DNA from: the human T2T-CHM13v2.0 reference genome, Homo sapiens
Direction: 5' to 3' (one strand)
Length of the DNA: 64,000 nucleotides
Assembly (NCBI RefSeq): GCF_009914755.1
Contig: NC_060947.1
Shown here: positions 48,593 to 62,602 of the stretch, piece after piece
Position numbering within the stretch: position 1 is the stretch's first letter
Layout: each line of letters starts with the position of its first letter
Made by a program: the position numbers and the translations under genes
Notes under the pieces: model-generated
The model's database searches: none
Seen by the model: the letters and a program-made list of their open reading frames with translations, nothing else
Told to the model about the DNA's origin: nothing

Positions 48593-49276
48593 TTGAGCCA
48601 GTTAGAGTTTTTAGGTCCTGAGGGTGAGAGTGGGTGGGAGGTGGGGTATGTTGCAGCCTATTTTATTCCCTCCTTTTTTCACCTTTTTTCATGTCAGTTG
48701 AATAGAGATCTGTTTGTTGTCTCCAGGGCCCAATTTAAAAAATATCAAAACCTTAAAAAAAATCCCTTTATAGAATTGGCAGCCTCTGTCCAGTGTCTTT
48801 CAACACAATATATGAGAAAATAGGGTATTGTCATTCAAAATAAAATATTAATAATAGGAAAGTGGTAGGAGTGGTGGGTGTTGGCCAGGCTCTAGCCTAA
48901 CTATACGAATAAGAAGAGAAAGGCACATTCATTCCTGAAATTCAGCTAATTATAATAATGCCACCTAACCGTCTAAGAATGGCTACAGAAATTTTAAAAA
49001 TAGTTACTAACCACCAATAATTATTATTTGGACACCTTTGATATAACAGAGGGTCTAAACCACAAGGCCTAGTCCAATTATTACTTTACTTCCACCACTG
49101 TCCTTTCAAAATAAAATGCACCTGCATTGCAAGTTATAAAAGACATAAGACATAATGAAGTTGAACTGTATTACAATAATATATTTGGCAATAGGTTTTT
49201 CTTTTTATATGATTTGCTCTAGAGATCACATAATGCTATGATTTGTTACCTGGGATTTATCGAAAAATGTATATAT

Positions 49277-49313
<37 letters not shown>

Positions 49314-49586
49314 CAGTGTCTCACTCTGTTGCACAGGCTGGACTATAGCGGCTCATGCCAGCTCACTGCAGCTTGGACCTCCTGGGCTCCTCCCACTTCT
49401 CTGCCTCCTGAGTAGCTAGGATCACAGGTGTGTACCACCACACTCAGATAATCTTTTGTAGTTTTTTGTAGAGATGGGGTTTCTCCACATTGCCAAGGTT
49501 GGTCTCGAACTCCTGAGCTCAGGCAATCCGCCCACCTAGGCCTCCTAAAATGTTGGGGTTATAAGAGTGAGCCACCTCGCCAAGCC
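49277..49586 (-). mobile_element. AluJ with tail converted into (GA)n microsatellite (49277-49312)
   Basis: gctcactgcagcttggacctcctgggctc is AluJ-type; no poly-T, (GA)n instead. Confidence 0.85.
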
Positions 49587-49718
49587 CAAAAGATATATTT
49601 TGATCAGTATAACCAATTTATACAGTTGTTTATTGTTAGACAAACTCTTCAAGCACAAAGGATCAGTGCTGGGTGTTCTATATATATGGTATTTGCACAC
49701 ACATGAATGTGTATCTGA

Positions 49719-49764
49719 GTGTGTGTGTGTGTGTGTATGTCTGTGTGTGTGTGTGTGTGTGTGT
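49719..49764. repeat. Interrupted (TG)n microsatellite
   Basis: Direct inspection. Confidence 0.9.
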
Positions 49765-49782
49765 ATTGAATCAACCAGGCTC

Positions 49783-50320
49783 TGTGAAATTTGTGATTTC
49801 ATGCTTGCCAAAAAGTGTGAAAACATTTAGAATGCAGTTGGTACAGAACATTAGCCACTTCTCAATCATATTGGAAATAAGGCCTTGTGATGGTGTAATC
49901 ATCTGAGAAACTCCATGCTGTGGCAGTCAGTGTCTCATATGGACCATTTCCATAAAAATATCCTCACTTTTTCCAGGAAAAATCTAGCCACAGAAAACCC
50001 TCCACCCTTAACACTGAACAATTCTCTCTTTTTAAATATTCCCAAATGGTTCACTTGTCCCCTTGCAGCCAACCAAGGACTCGCAAATGTATCTGAGGAC
50101 CAACTAGAAAGTTTATCTTAATTAAAAAATCCCATTTTAGTAGAATGTTTGCCAACCAGACACTGTCTCAGTATTGCTTTTTAAACTGTATAAAACTGAC
50201 TTCCTTTCTAACACTCTTAAACCCCTGCAGAAATGAAAGTGAAGGTGGATGGATTCTCTTGCCACAAGTTTATGAATAAATAGACTCTCTTATTTTTGTG
50301 CCAGATTTAGTCTTTTTTAC
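49783..50320 (+). mobile_element. Possible old solo LTR (family not recognised)
   Basis: TG start, tgtataaaac TATA-like at ~50187 and AATAAA at 50275 in LTR-like order; no clear TSD. Confidence 0.3.
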
Positions 50321-51029
50321 TGCTTTTCCGTGTATTCCAAATTGATTCAGCAAGTCTTACTTGAATAAATTCTCATGAAAATTTCTTACTTAATTTCTTG
50401 TTAAAATCTAAGTTATCATTCTTCATTTCAAAATTGCCTTCTCAGTTCAAGATAGCCTGTCAGCTGGTAATGAGAAAACTAAACACATCCTAGAAGTAAG
50501 TGTATCTCTTATCTAGAGGTAAAGGTATCTCTTTGTTATTTGCTAAATTTGTCCAGATGGTGTGTTAGACAATACAGTGAAATAATGTGCTTTTGTCATA
50601 CCTGGCAATATACATTTGGTGATTTCTGTTTTCAAATGTAGGGATTCTTTCTATAAAGGGCATCATCAGTGACCTATATATTAAAAGGAGAAGTAAATAT
50701 CTTTTAGCAAGTTTGCCAAAGGAAAAGTACTACAGAAATCTTTTCTTTTTATGCATTTCCACCCGTCCTTAGATTCCATTTATAATTACTATTATTGAAA
50801 AAGGATATGCACAATGATGCCTTTTATTTCAATATGTGATAAATGTCACAAAACTTTTAATACTTTAAGGAGAAAAGAAACAATTTTCCACCTTATCCTG
50901 GAAAAATATTAACATTAAAGTAATCACAGTCATGAACCTCTGTACTATGTCGAAGTGTAAAAATGCAGAGTCGGAAAAAAAAGTCTTCTTGTGTTTTATA
51001 ATTTAATGCCAAAAGTATCTAATTAGACT

Positions 51030-51181
51030 TTGGCAATTCTCTAGCACAACTTTGTTATTTTTAGTTAATCTTTATTACTTAAAAGGCCTGTTTTAAATAT
51101 ATTTTAAAATTTACATGAATATTTAAAATAAAATTCATTTTTAATCTTGTGGCCACATTGTAAGGGAATAGGAGAAACCTT
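51030..51181 (+). repeat. Dispersed direct repeat, copy A (~152 bp)
   Basis: Aligns to 52490-52641 with scattered mismatches. Confidence 0.9.
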
Positions 51182-52489
51182 GGCTCTATGGATTTGACAG
51201 CGTAATTCTTAAGGTTACATGTAGCACATTGAAACAGCTGCGACCAATAACTGTACTGTCTTTATTATTCTCCTACGATATGAAATTAAAATGAAGTGGA
51301 AATGTTTATTCCATAAATAGTAGGCAACACTTTAAACAGATAATAAAATGTAAGGGTTTGCTTGAAAATAAAGAGAGGTCTCTCATTTAGCCAAACTGAA
51401 TGGTAACCCAATGCCAAACTTGTCCAAAGAGACAGCTGACCATCTTGTTAAGAAACTCAAACACATAGCAAGCTCTTCATTAGGGGGAGTTATTTCCATC
51501 TCAGTATTCCCAGGTGCCATGAGAAATGAAGTTATGTTTCACATAGTGAATTGAGTAAGCCCATTTCAATTGGTGATGTTTATATAAAGATAACTTTTCT
51601 TCATGGGATATTTTGTGATAAAGCTATTTTTAATTCTGTTTGACTCTCTTTTGAAATTCTCCTGGAGCCTGCTGAGAAACTGTATGTTAATTCCTTGGTC
51701 AGGATTACAGTATTATTTCTTTACCTAAAAATTAGACCTGTCACATTTAATCATCTCGACTCAACATTTCTTTGTCTTATGTGTACCAATGATAAGTTGA
51801 ACCAAATCAAATTACTGAAGGTTGTTAATTTTGAAGCAGATAAATGCCTTGTTCCAACATGTGCACCTGAATTGTATTTTGTTTGAAATAAGATACTTCT
51901 TTTTCAACAGACACATGCCAATCAATAGTGCTGCATGAGGAAATGCCATAACTGCATAAGGATGACTGCCTGACATGGGTCTGCAAATTGATCTTCAAGA
52001 TGTTCAATGTTTTTCGTGGTGGGGGAAGGACCACTATATGGGGAATCAAGAACTGCAAGATCTCAAACTGTTCTTAATTTGCTCTCCAATTTCATTCATA
52101 TATCAAGATATTACTGTGCAATATCTGAAATAGCTGCTGAAAATAGCACAGAAACTGCTATTTGAAAATAGCAGTTTTCTGTTGGCTGAAAATAGCACAG
52201 AAACGTAGACATTCCAACCAGCTTGTTACAGTAATTTTGCTCTATTGGGTTACTGAAACTATAGGAACCACTCATAAAATATTTTGTACAGCATCTTTGA
52301 CGTTCAGCAAAATTCATGGTTGTTGGATATGAAAGAGTGAAGAGGCGCTGGAGTAAGATCGTAGAGACTGAAGAAATTTGAAAAAAAACCTTTGCAGTTT
52401 TTAACTGTATCTTTTTCTATTGAAAACAAGATAGAGAATACAGGCAAAATGTTCTAGCGTGCCCTTGTGTACACTCTAAACGTTACACA

Positions 52490-52641
52490 TTGGCAATTCT
52501 GGAGCAAACTTTGTTATTTTGAGTTAATCTTTATTACTTAAAATACCTGTTTTAAGATAGATTTTAAAATTTATATGACTATTTAAAATAAAATTATATT
52601 TAAATCCTGTGGCCAGATTGTAAGGAAATAGCAGAAAACTT
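52490..52641 (+). repeat. Dispersed direct repeat, copy B
   Basis: Offset 1460 bp from copy A. Confidence 0.9.
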
Positions 52642-53900
52642 CATTTCTGAGAAAGAAAGTCTACAGAGTTCTCAGTGCTACTGAGTCCTGATTTTCCCTG
52701 GAGCTGGTCCTAGAGATGCCAGGGCAGTCTCTGCTGGCCCTATAAGGATGGCAGAAAGCAACTGAGGCAAACTAAGTAGGAGAAGGGGAGTTACTCCTAG
52801 CTTGTGCTCAGAAAAGTAACTAAGGTACATTTATACATTGCATTATCCCGTAACAACCCTTCCCCTAATTTCAGGGCCAAAATGTGAGAGTGCTTCTTTG
52901 TCTGGGTCCCCCCAGGCTACTTATTTGTGATTCTTTCTGCTTGCACTTAATTTTCATTTCAACCTAATTTCATGAGGATTTAGACATTGAGGTTTAGAGA
53001 GGTGCAGAGAGAGATTTGTTCCCAGACATTTACCACACTCAGGGTAGAATCAGACCCTGTACTACACTAAAGCATCTGTACTACAGTAAAGGATGGCACT
53101 GAATCAACCTGTCCCCTTCTACCAAACACTGCCTCACTTCAAGCCTATACCAGCAAAACAGTCTTTATGGTTGGCTACAGTTTATCACTTGGTGCATTTC
53201 TTACCACATGCTGATAGTCAGATGTCATTATCAATACTTCATGCCAAATTAAGACTTGCTCTCTTCCATTTGGCAAGCATTGATTCTTCCTTCTTTTCCC
53301 TCTTTAGACCCAAATAAAGTCCAAATATGCTTGATTTTTTCTTAATCATTTTCTTTAGCTAGGCTTCAACTCAGGGATTTGTAATTGTTTCATAAATGGT
53401 ATTGCAGGATAACCCAAAGCAAGAAAAAGAATTGCTGATGGTTTGTGAATTCCCTTTCAGTAAATAGTAATGATTTAGTGCTGAGATAAAGCGGTTTCCA
53501 AGAAGAGTTAAGATCCAGAAGTTTGGTTCAGATAATTTTAGTCATGACATTTCTGGAATTGCTGGTCCAGAAAATATTTTAATATATTTGAGGTGTAGTA
53601 AGTACATCTACATCCACAGATAGTGTGTTTAGAGCGTTATGCAAGATGTGTGACATATAAGACATGAACCCTGTTCTCCCTTATTTACAATCTAAGGAGA
53701 GAAAACTAGAAAATGCTCTTAGAGAAAGCAGTAGTGCAGATGTTAAGTGCTATGAGAGTACAAAATAGGAAGAAAGTGATTTATCTGAACTGTATTATTC
53801 AAAGTCTGTTTCCAAAAGAAGGTAGAATTTGAGGTGGGCATTGAGGGTTGGATAATAATTGAATAGACAAAGGTGAGTATAGCATAGGTTTAATAAGAAC

Positions 53901-56254
53901 TGATATGGTTTGGCTGTGTCCCCACTCAAATCTCATCTTGAATTGTAGCTCCCATAATTTCTACATATCATGGGATAAACCCAGTGGGAGATAATTGAAT
54001 CGTGGGGGCAGTTTCCCCCACACTGTTCTCATGGTAGTGAATAAGTCTCACAAGATCTGACTGTTTTATAAGGGGTGCCCCCTTCCACTTTGTTCTCATT
54101 TTTTCCCTTGCCTGCTGCCATGTAAGACATGCCTTTCACCTTCCGCCATGACTGTGAGGTCTCTGCAGCCACGTGGAACTGTGAGTCCATTAAACCTCTC
54201 TTTCTTTATAAATTACCCAGTCTTGGGAATGTCTTTATCAGCAGCAAGAAAGTGGACTAATACAGTAAATTGGTGCTGGTAGAGTGGGGCACTGCTATAA
54301 AGATACCCAAAAATGTGGAAGTGACTTTGGAACTGGTTAACAGGGAGAGGTTGAAACAGTTTGGAGGGCTCAGAAGAAGACAGAAAAATATGGGAAAGTT
54401 TGGAACTTCCTAGAGACTTGCTGAATGGCTTTGACCAAAATGCTGATAATGATATGGACAATAAGGTCCAGGCTGAGGTGGTCTCAGATGGAGATGAGGA
54501 GCTTGTTGGAAACTGTAGTAAAGGTGACTCTTGCTATGTTTTAGCAAAGAGACTGGAGGGATTTTGCCCCTGCCCTAGAGATTTGTGGAACTTTGAACTT
54601 GAGGGAGATGATTTAAGGTATCTGGCAGAAGAAATTTCTAAGCTCATGAGAGGGACTTGGTGGGAGATAATTTCTAAGCAGGAAAGAAATTTCTAAGCAG
54701 TAAAGTATTCAAGATGTGACTTGGGTGCTGTTAAAAGCATTCAGTTTTAAAAGGGAAATAGAGCATAAAAGTTCAAAACATTTGCCTGATGATGCAATAG
54801 AATAGAAAAATCTATTTTCTGAGGAGAAATTCAAGCCGGCCACATAAATTTGTAAAAGTAATGAAGCACCAAAAGTTAACCACTAAGACAATGAGGAAAA
54901 TGTCTCCAGGGTATGTCAAATAACTTTGTGGTAGCCCCTCCCATCACAGGCCCAGAGGCCTAGGAGTAAAAAATGGTTTTGTGGGCCAGGCCCAGGGCCC
55001 CCTGCTGTGTGCAGCCTAGGGACTTGGTGCCCTGTGTCCCAGCCACTCTAGCCATGGCTAAAAGAGGCCAAGGTACAGCTCGGGCTGTGGCTTCAGAGGG
55101 TGCAAGCCCCAAGTCTTAGCAGCTTTCACATGGTGTTGAGCCTGTGGGTGCACAGAAGTCAAGAAATGAGGTTTGGGAACCTCCACCTAGATTTCAGAGG
55201 ATTTATGGAAATGCCTGGATGTCTAAGCAGAAGTTTGCTGCAGGGGTGGGGCCCTCATGGAGAACCTCTGAGAGGGCAGTGCAGAAGGGAAATGTGGGGT
55301 CGAAGCCCCCACACAGAATCCCCAGTGGGGCACTGCCTAGTGGAGCTGTGAGAAGAGGGCCACCATCCTCTAGACGCCAGAATGGTAGATCCACTGACAG
55401 CTTGCACCATGCATCTGGAAAAGTCACAGACACTCAATGCCAGCCCATGAAAGCAGCTGGGAGGAAGGCTGAACTCTGCAAAGCCACAGGGGTGAAGTTG
55501 CCCAAGACCATAGGAACCCACCTCTTGTATCAGCATGACCTGATGTGAGGCATGGAGTCAAAGTAGATCATTTTAGAGCCTTAAGATTGGACTGCCCAGC
55601 TGGATTTTGGACTTGTATGGGGCCTGCAGCCCCTTTATTTTGGCAAATTGCTTCCATTTGGAACAGCTATATTTACCCAATGCCTGTACCCCCATTGTAT
55701 CTAGGAAGTAATTAACTTGCTTTCAATTTTACAGACTTATTGGTAGAAGGGAATTGCCTTGTCTCAGATGAGACTTGGAATGTGGACTTTTGAGTTAATG
55801 CTGAAATGAGTTAAGACTTTAGGGGACTTGGGAAGGTGTGATTGGTTTTGAAATGTGTGGACATGTGATTTGGGAAGGGCCAAGGGTGAAATGGTATAGT
55901 TTGGCTGTGTTCCCACCCAAATCTCATCTTGAATTGTAGCTCCCATGATTTGCACGTGTCATGGGAGAGACCCACTGGGAGATAATTGAATCATGGGGGC
56001 AGTTTCTCCCATACTGTTCTCATGGTAGTGAGTAAGTCTCATGAGATCTGATAGTTTTATAAGAGGCTCCGCCTTCATTTGATTCTCATTCTCTCTCTTG
56101 CCTGCCACCATGTAAGACATGGCTTTTACCTTCCACCATGATTGTGAGGCCTCCCCAGCCACGTGGAACTGTAAGTCCATTAAATCTTTTTTTCTTTATA
56201 AATTAGCCAGTCTTTGGTATGTCTTTATCAGTAGCATGACAGTGGACTAATACA
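53901..56254 (+). mobile_element. Complete THE1 (THE1B/C-like) MaLR provirus: LTR 53901-54264, internal 54265-55891, LTR 55892-56254
   Basis: tgatatggtttggctgtgtcccc...ggactaataca LTRs; 5-bp TSD AGAAC at 53896-53900 and 56255-56259. Confidence 0.95.
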
Positions 56255-56578
56255 AGAACATTCTGAGAAAAGACAGGGATGAAAAACACAAAGACCTCTT
56301 ACTGAGGATGAGCAAAGTAGTAGTAACTAACTGAATAAAAATTGCAATAAATACACGTCATGTAAAAAAGTACTGATTGATCTCATGTGCCCAAGTCCTT
56401 AAAAAACATGCTATGACCTAAAACAAACTCTATCATGTTATTTTAATTAGTGTAATTACACTAATTAAATGGAGTAATAAATTTATTATACTAATAAATG
56501 GAGTAGTGAAGGTATAGATTCCATATACAGTTTAGAAAGGTTAAAATTAATATTTTAAATTAAATGTTTAGTCTAAAC

Positions 56579-56768
56579 CAGTGGTTGTCAAACTTTAGCA
56601 TACATTATAATCACCTGGAGAGTGTGTTAAGACATGCATTTCTAGGTCTCAACTCCAGAGGTTTTGATTCAGTTGGTCTCTGATGGGACTAGAGAATTTG
56701 CATTTCTAACAATTTCCAAAGTAAAGCTGATGCTGCTGACTTGGAAATCACAGTATGAGAGTTTCAGT
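56579..56768. mobile_element. MER5A (hAT-Charlie MITE)
   Basis: cagtggttgtcaaacttt...aatcacctggag...gaatttgcatttctaaca...gctgatgctgctg. Confidence 0.8.
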
Positions 56769-56836
56769 CAGAGGAAACACTATATATACTGACTCTGAGT
56801 CTTGAATTAGCTTGGTGTGTTCAAGAAACAATGAGG

Positions 56837-56994
56837 GACTTTGAGAGATGATGGATATGTCTATTATCTTGATTGTAGTGATGGTATCACAGGTGTTTGG
56901 ATGTGTTCACACTCATCAAATTGTACACATTAAATATCTGCAGTTAATTATCTATCAATTATACTGCAATAAAGCTATTTTTTTTAAAAAATAA
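56837..56994 (+). mobile_element. L1MC/L1MD 3' end inserted in an L2-like remnant
   Basis: tatcttgattgtagtgatgg...caattatactgcaataaagct; TSD aagaaacaa(t/a)gagg at 56823-56836 and 56995-57008. Confidence 0.75.
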
Positions 56995-57469
56995 AAGAAA
57001 CAAAGAGGAGGCTTCTTTGATTGGAACAGGTTGAATAAGGCAGACAGAAGTACAAAATGAGGTCAGAGAGATAACAGGGACACTCTGTCCCTTGGACAGA
57101 GAGCCTAGGAGGTCATTATCAGGATCTTGGCTTTTACTCTGAAACTGAAAGTCATCTTCATGTTATTTTATTTTGTTTTTTAAGTATAAGATAGTATATT
57201 TTGAAATCATTAACAAAAGAAGTTATTCTTATTACGTCTGATATAACATATATTTTTAAAAACCTGTGAAACATAAATAAAACAATAAAAACTGTTTTGT
57301 GAGCCTATATGAAATACTCAGGTACACTGAAATAGAAAAATAATGGCTGATGGAAGGGCTGCAGCTGGTGTTTGGTGACTAATTTCTCCATCTAGTTTGT
57401 AAAATAATATTTCTGAATTCTTGCTTTCTGCTCAGTTTCTCCATTATTTTCTTCTTAACAGTTATTCCT

Positions 57470-57776
57470 GGGGTGATCACAGTGGCTCATGCCTGTAATC
57501 CCAGCACTTTAGGAGGCCGAAGTTGGCAGATCACTTGAGCCCAGGAGTTCAAGACCAGCCTGGGCAACATAGTGAGACTCCATCTCTACAAAAAATATAT
57601 AAAAATTAGCTAGGTGTGGTGGCTCACACCTGTGGTCTCAGCTACTTGGGAGGCTGAGGTGATAGGATTGCTTCAGCCCGGGAGGCAGAGGTTTCAGTGA
57701 GCTGAGATCACATCACTGTACTACACCTTCAGTGGCAGAGCAAGACTCTGACTCAAAAACAAACAAAACAAAACAA
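57470..57776 (+). mobile_element. AluJ
   Basis: ttgagcccaggagttc, aggattgctt; TSD aacagttattcct / aaaagttatacct. Confidence 0.92.
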
Positions 57777-57949
57777 AAAAGTTATACCTTATTGCATACC
57801 TACCCTTCCCCATCTAATAAAGAAGCCAACTGTCTGCTCCTGTCCTCTATAGGCAGCAGACAAATACAAACAATGCTTTATGTTCTGACTTAAAATTATA
57901 TATATATATATATATATTTACATATATATATTTTACATGTAACAAAACC

Positions 57950-58490
57950 AATTTTATTGTTGGCTAATTGATAGAGATAAGAATTATGTTCCTATGGCAT
58001 ATGTCGGGTCACAAAACATTACCAAACTTCTAAATTAAGACTCAAAGACTTCTGATACTAAACATTGAAATAAATGTGAGCTATACATACATTTAAGAAA
58101 GATTAATAAAAACAAGGAAGAAAATTATTTACCCAATTTCTGGTGAATGAGGAGAGTAAGGTCTAGAAGTAGTGGGTGAAATTAAGGAATAAATGTTTGC
58201 AATGCAGAATTGTGTAAGGAGCAGCTCCTGCCACAGGGCATTTCAAAAACAAGCAGCCACAAATACAGAGGGCTCACTGTTGAGTGCTTTCCTACTGCAT
58301 CAGTTATAGTTGTGCATCTCTATGATTATTGCTTATGAATTTTTGTTTGACAATAATTTATATTCATTCATTCATTCATCTTCCAGCCCACTTTTTCTGT
58401 GTCCCAGCCAGTATTGGTTCCCTCCTAGCATTCTCAGCTTCCAGGATAGGCTCTGGCCACTTGGAACCCTGAAATTAAATAATGTGGGGC
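57950..58490. mobile_element. TcMar-Tigger remnant (Tigger6/MER97-like), boundaries approximate
   Basis: gtgagctatacatacatttaagaaagattaataaaaacaag...ttcattcattcattcat resembles remembered consensus. Confidence 0.45.
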
Positions 58491-58672
58491 CCATACGTTT
58501 TGTGAGCCCATATGAAATATTTAGGTACATTGAAATAGAAAGATAATGGCTACTAGAAGGGCTGCAGCTAGTGTCTGGTAACTAATTTCTCCAGTTAATT
58601 TGTAAAATAATATTTCTGAATTCTTTCTTTCTGCTCATTTTCTCCATTAGTCTCTTCTTAACAGTTATTCCT

Positions 58673-58975
<303 letters not shown>

Positions 58976-59342
58976 AAATAATGCAGTTTAGCTAAAGTTG
59001 ATTTGAAATTAAAATAGCTTTAAGAGCCAAATTCAAAACAATACATGTTTATTGCAGACGTATTTGGACATAAAAACCTGAGCATAAAAGTGATCTAAAT
59101 CTATACCTACCCACCATCCAGAAATGACACTGTTAACAATGTCACATAACTCCCATACACACACACATATACACATGCAAATTATTAGACATGTGTATTT
59201 TGAATACACATACACACACACAAATAAACCTATTTTTTGAAATTGGGTTATAACATACATGCTACTGTGAAATCTGCCTTTTTTACTTAAAAATGAAATA
59301 TGAAAATGTCTCACCACCAACAGTATTCTCGCTTACCAGTGG

Positions 59343-59345
<3 letters not shown>

Positions 59346-59373
<28 letters not shown>

Positions 59374-59661
59374 GACAGAGTCTGGCTCTATCGCCCAGGC
59401 TGGAGTGCAGTGGTGTGTGACCTTGGCTCACTGCAAGCTCCACCTCCCGGGTTCACACCGTTCTCCTGCCTCAGCCTCCCGAGTAGCTGGGACTACAGGT
59501 GCCTGCCACCACCACCACGCCTGGCTAATTTTTTTATATTTTTAGTAGAGACAGGTTTTCACCGTGTTAGCCAGGATGGCCTTGATCTCCTGACCTAGAG
59601 ATCCGCCTGCCTCGGCCTCCCACAGTGCTGGGATTACAGGTGTGAGCCACTGCGCCTGGCC
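59346..59661 (-). mobile_element. AluY
   Basis: ctgcaagctccacctcccgggttcacacc, ttttcaccgtgttagccaggatgg; 28-nt poly-T. Confidence 0.93.
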
Positions 59662-59884
59662 ATTGTTTTTAATGATGTCTACCCAGAGTTAATGAGAGTA
59701 TGGGTAATTTCAGACTTTCATAGCTAAAACTGTAAATTGGTTCAATCTTTCTGAAGTAAATTTGGCCAGGTACTTCAAGAGATTTAAGTGCAATTTAAAG
59801 GTTATAATATTTGAATGCCTTTTCACTTCACATTGGGATTAGTGCAAATTTCCATCCCAAGGATATTTGTCACAGTCCACTTTA

Positions 59885-60650
<766 letters not shown>

Positions 60651-61834
60651 TAAAATATTACAGCTGGACAGAGCTATACAGATTATCTCTTATTTCCTCT
60701 TAGTATACCTTTATGGAAAAATTAGCCCTAGAACAGGATAAGGACATAGCCAAAGTCTCATAACTAGACAGGAGCAGATCTAGGAGTAAGACTGTTTTAC
60801 ATTTCTTTTATATATCCGGAGTGCTCAGTACTGTGCTGATTACACAATAAGCTCTTTACAAAGAGTGATTAAAAGCTTTTATGAGAGCTATTTAGTTTAG
60901 TACTCTTAACCAATGTAGGTTTGTGGGGAAAATCAGGTTGAACTCTTTCAGCAATAATTTGAATATGTGGTTCTAATGATTTTTAGGTTCTAAATCTAAA
61001 AAATGCACTGGTGCTAAGAAGGCTGTTTCTGTCCTCAGCATCACACATTGAGCTAACTCATTTTCAGAGTTTCTTATCTTGAAACAAAATTTGTTGGCCA
61101 CCAGTAGAAATGTCCCTGACGTCCCTAAATGCTGAATCTGGGGGAGATAATTAGGGTTTTTTTTTTTTTGACAGTTAAGTGACTACTGTACGGGGACTCA
61201 GAAAACCTGAGTTCTGACCTTAGCTTTCTTATTATTACTATCTCTTTGTATACTGGGGCAAGTCACTTCCCCTCGCTGGGATACAGTTTCCTCACTTCTA
61301 AAATTAAATTGTTGGCCTGCATCCCTCCATATCTACTTTCACCTCTTGAAATTAGATTTCCTATCTCAATTTTTTAGGAAGAATTCATGACTGAGCTTTC
61401 TTTTTGTTCCTAAGAGCTTTCATGTGTGTCTAGAAATGCACGTATCTAAACAACCAGACATGAAATGTGAGCTAAGTATACTCCATTGGAAAAGGTGAGA
61501 CTACAAAAGCACAGCAAGGTAGTAAGTATGCAGAACTTTGAAAGCACAGTTCTAGATTCTTCCTCTGGTTCCACCATTAACTCACTGTGTGACTTAACTT
61601 TGTCACTTAACCTCACACTTCAGTTTTCTTCTTGCTCAAAGAGGGCTGCAGATTGCCCCTCTGACATTATAGGGATATTGTAATAATTTAATGGAGTAAT
61701 CGATTAAAAAAGCTTTGAAAAAAGTGCATTGTTTAAAATGTAAATTGGTGTGGCATATAACAACAAAGCAATAGTAATAGTTAACATTTATTTTTCATAA
61801 TATATTCTCACCATGTCAAGCACCCGCTCCTTCA

Positions 61835-62125
61835 TTTTGCTAAATGTCACTTTCTCAGTGAGGTCTTTTCTGACGGCTCTTTATAATTACTACTTCCACT
61901 CATATTCCCATTCTCCTTACCATGCTTTACTTTGCATGGCACTTATCACCAGCTAACATCTAGTATAATTTAGTTTATTATATTATTGCCTGTTTCTGAT
62001 CACTAGAATATATTATCTATAAGTGAAGGGATTTTATCTGTTTTGTTCCCTCCTGTGTCCCTAACACCTAAGAAAGTAGATGATATATAATAGACACTTG
62101 GTAAATATTTGTTGAATAAGTGAAT
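61835..62125 (+). mobile_element. L2 3' end (approximate)
   Basis: aaatgtcactttctcagtgaggtctt...actagaatat...gtaaatatttgttgaataagtgaa. Confidence 0.7.
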
Positions 62126-62399
62126 TCTGTCAGATAAACCTTCTCTTTTCCCATCTAGGTACAGATGGTATTAGCCTGTTTAAAATCAACATTTTTACTA
62201 TTGGTCCAGCAGAAGTCAGTCCTTGTGCTATGCAGGTAGCTAGCTAGTTGTCAATCCTGTTATCTTAGAAGATCTTGAGTAAGTCATTTTTTTTTAGATA
62301 TAATCATCCTTTTGAGGCCCCTCTCCTATAAGATTAACCCTATGATTAGGTGAGATATCTTCTGAGGAGGATTGTCTAATGCAAAGTTTCACCATGATG

Positions 62400-62602
62400 T
62401 TCAATACTTTCTCTCTGATGCCTTAGCTATGTAACCTTGTTCATAGTACTTGAATATCTTCAGGCCTTTGTTTTCTCATCTACGAAATGGAAATCACAGT
62501 AGTACCTTCTTCGTAATGATGCTAAACAATCAAATAGACATTGTAAATAAAGCACTTAAAATAGTGTCTGGCACATTTGAAGAGCCCAGAAAATATTAGT
62601 CT
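62400..62602 (+). mobile_element. MIR (approximate)
   Basis: tagctatgtaaccttg...ttttctcatctacgaaatgg...aagcacttaaaatagtgtctggcacat. Confidence 0.65.

Noticed and set aside
54361-55548. 111-134 aa ORFs in the THE1 interior
   Set aside because: Broken remnants of the MaLR internal ORF, also seen in the other THE1 copy.
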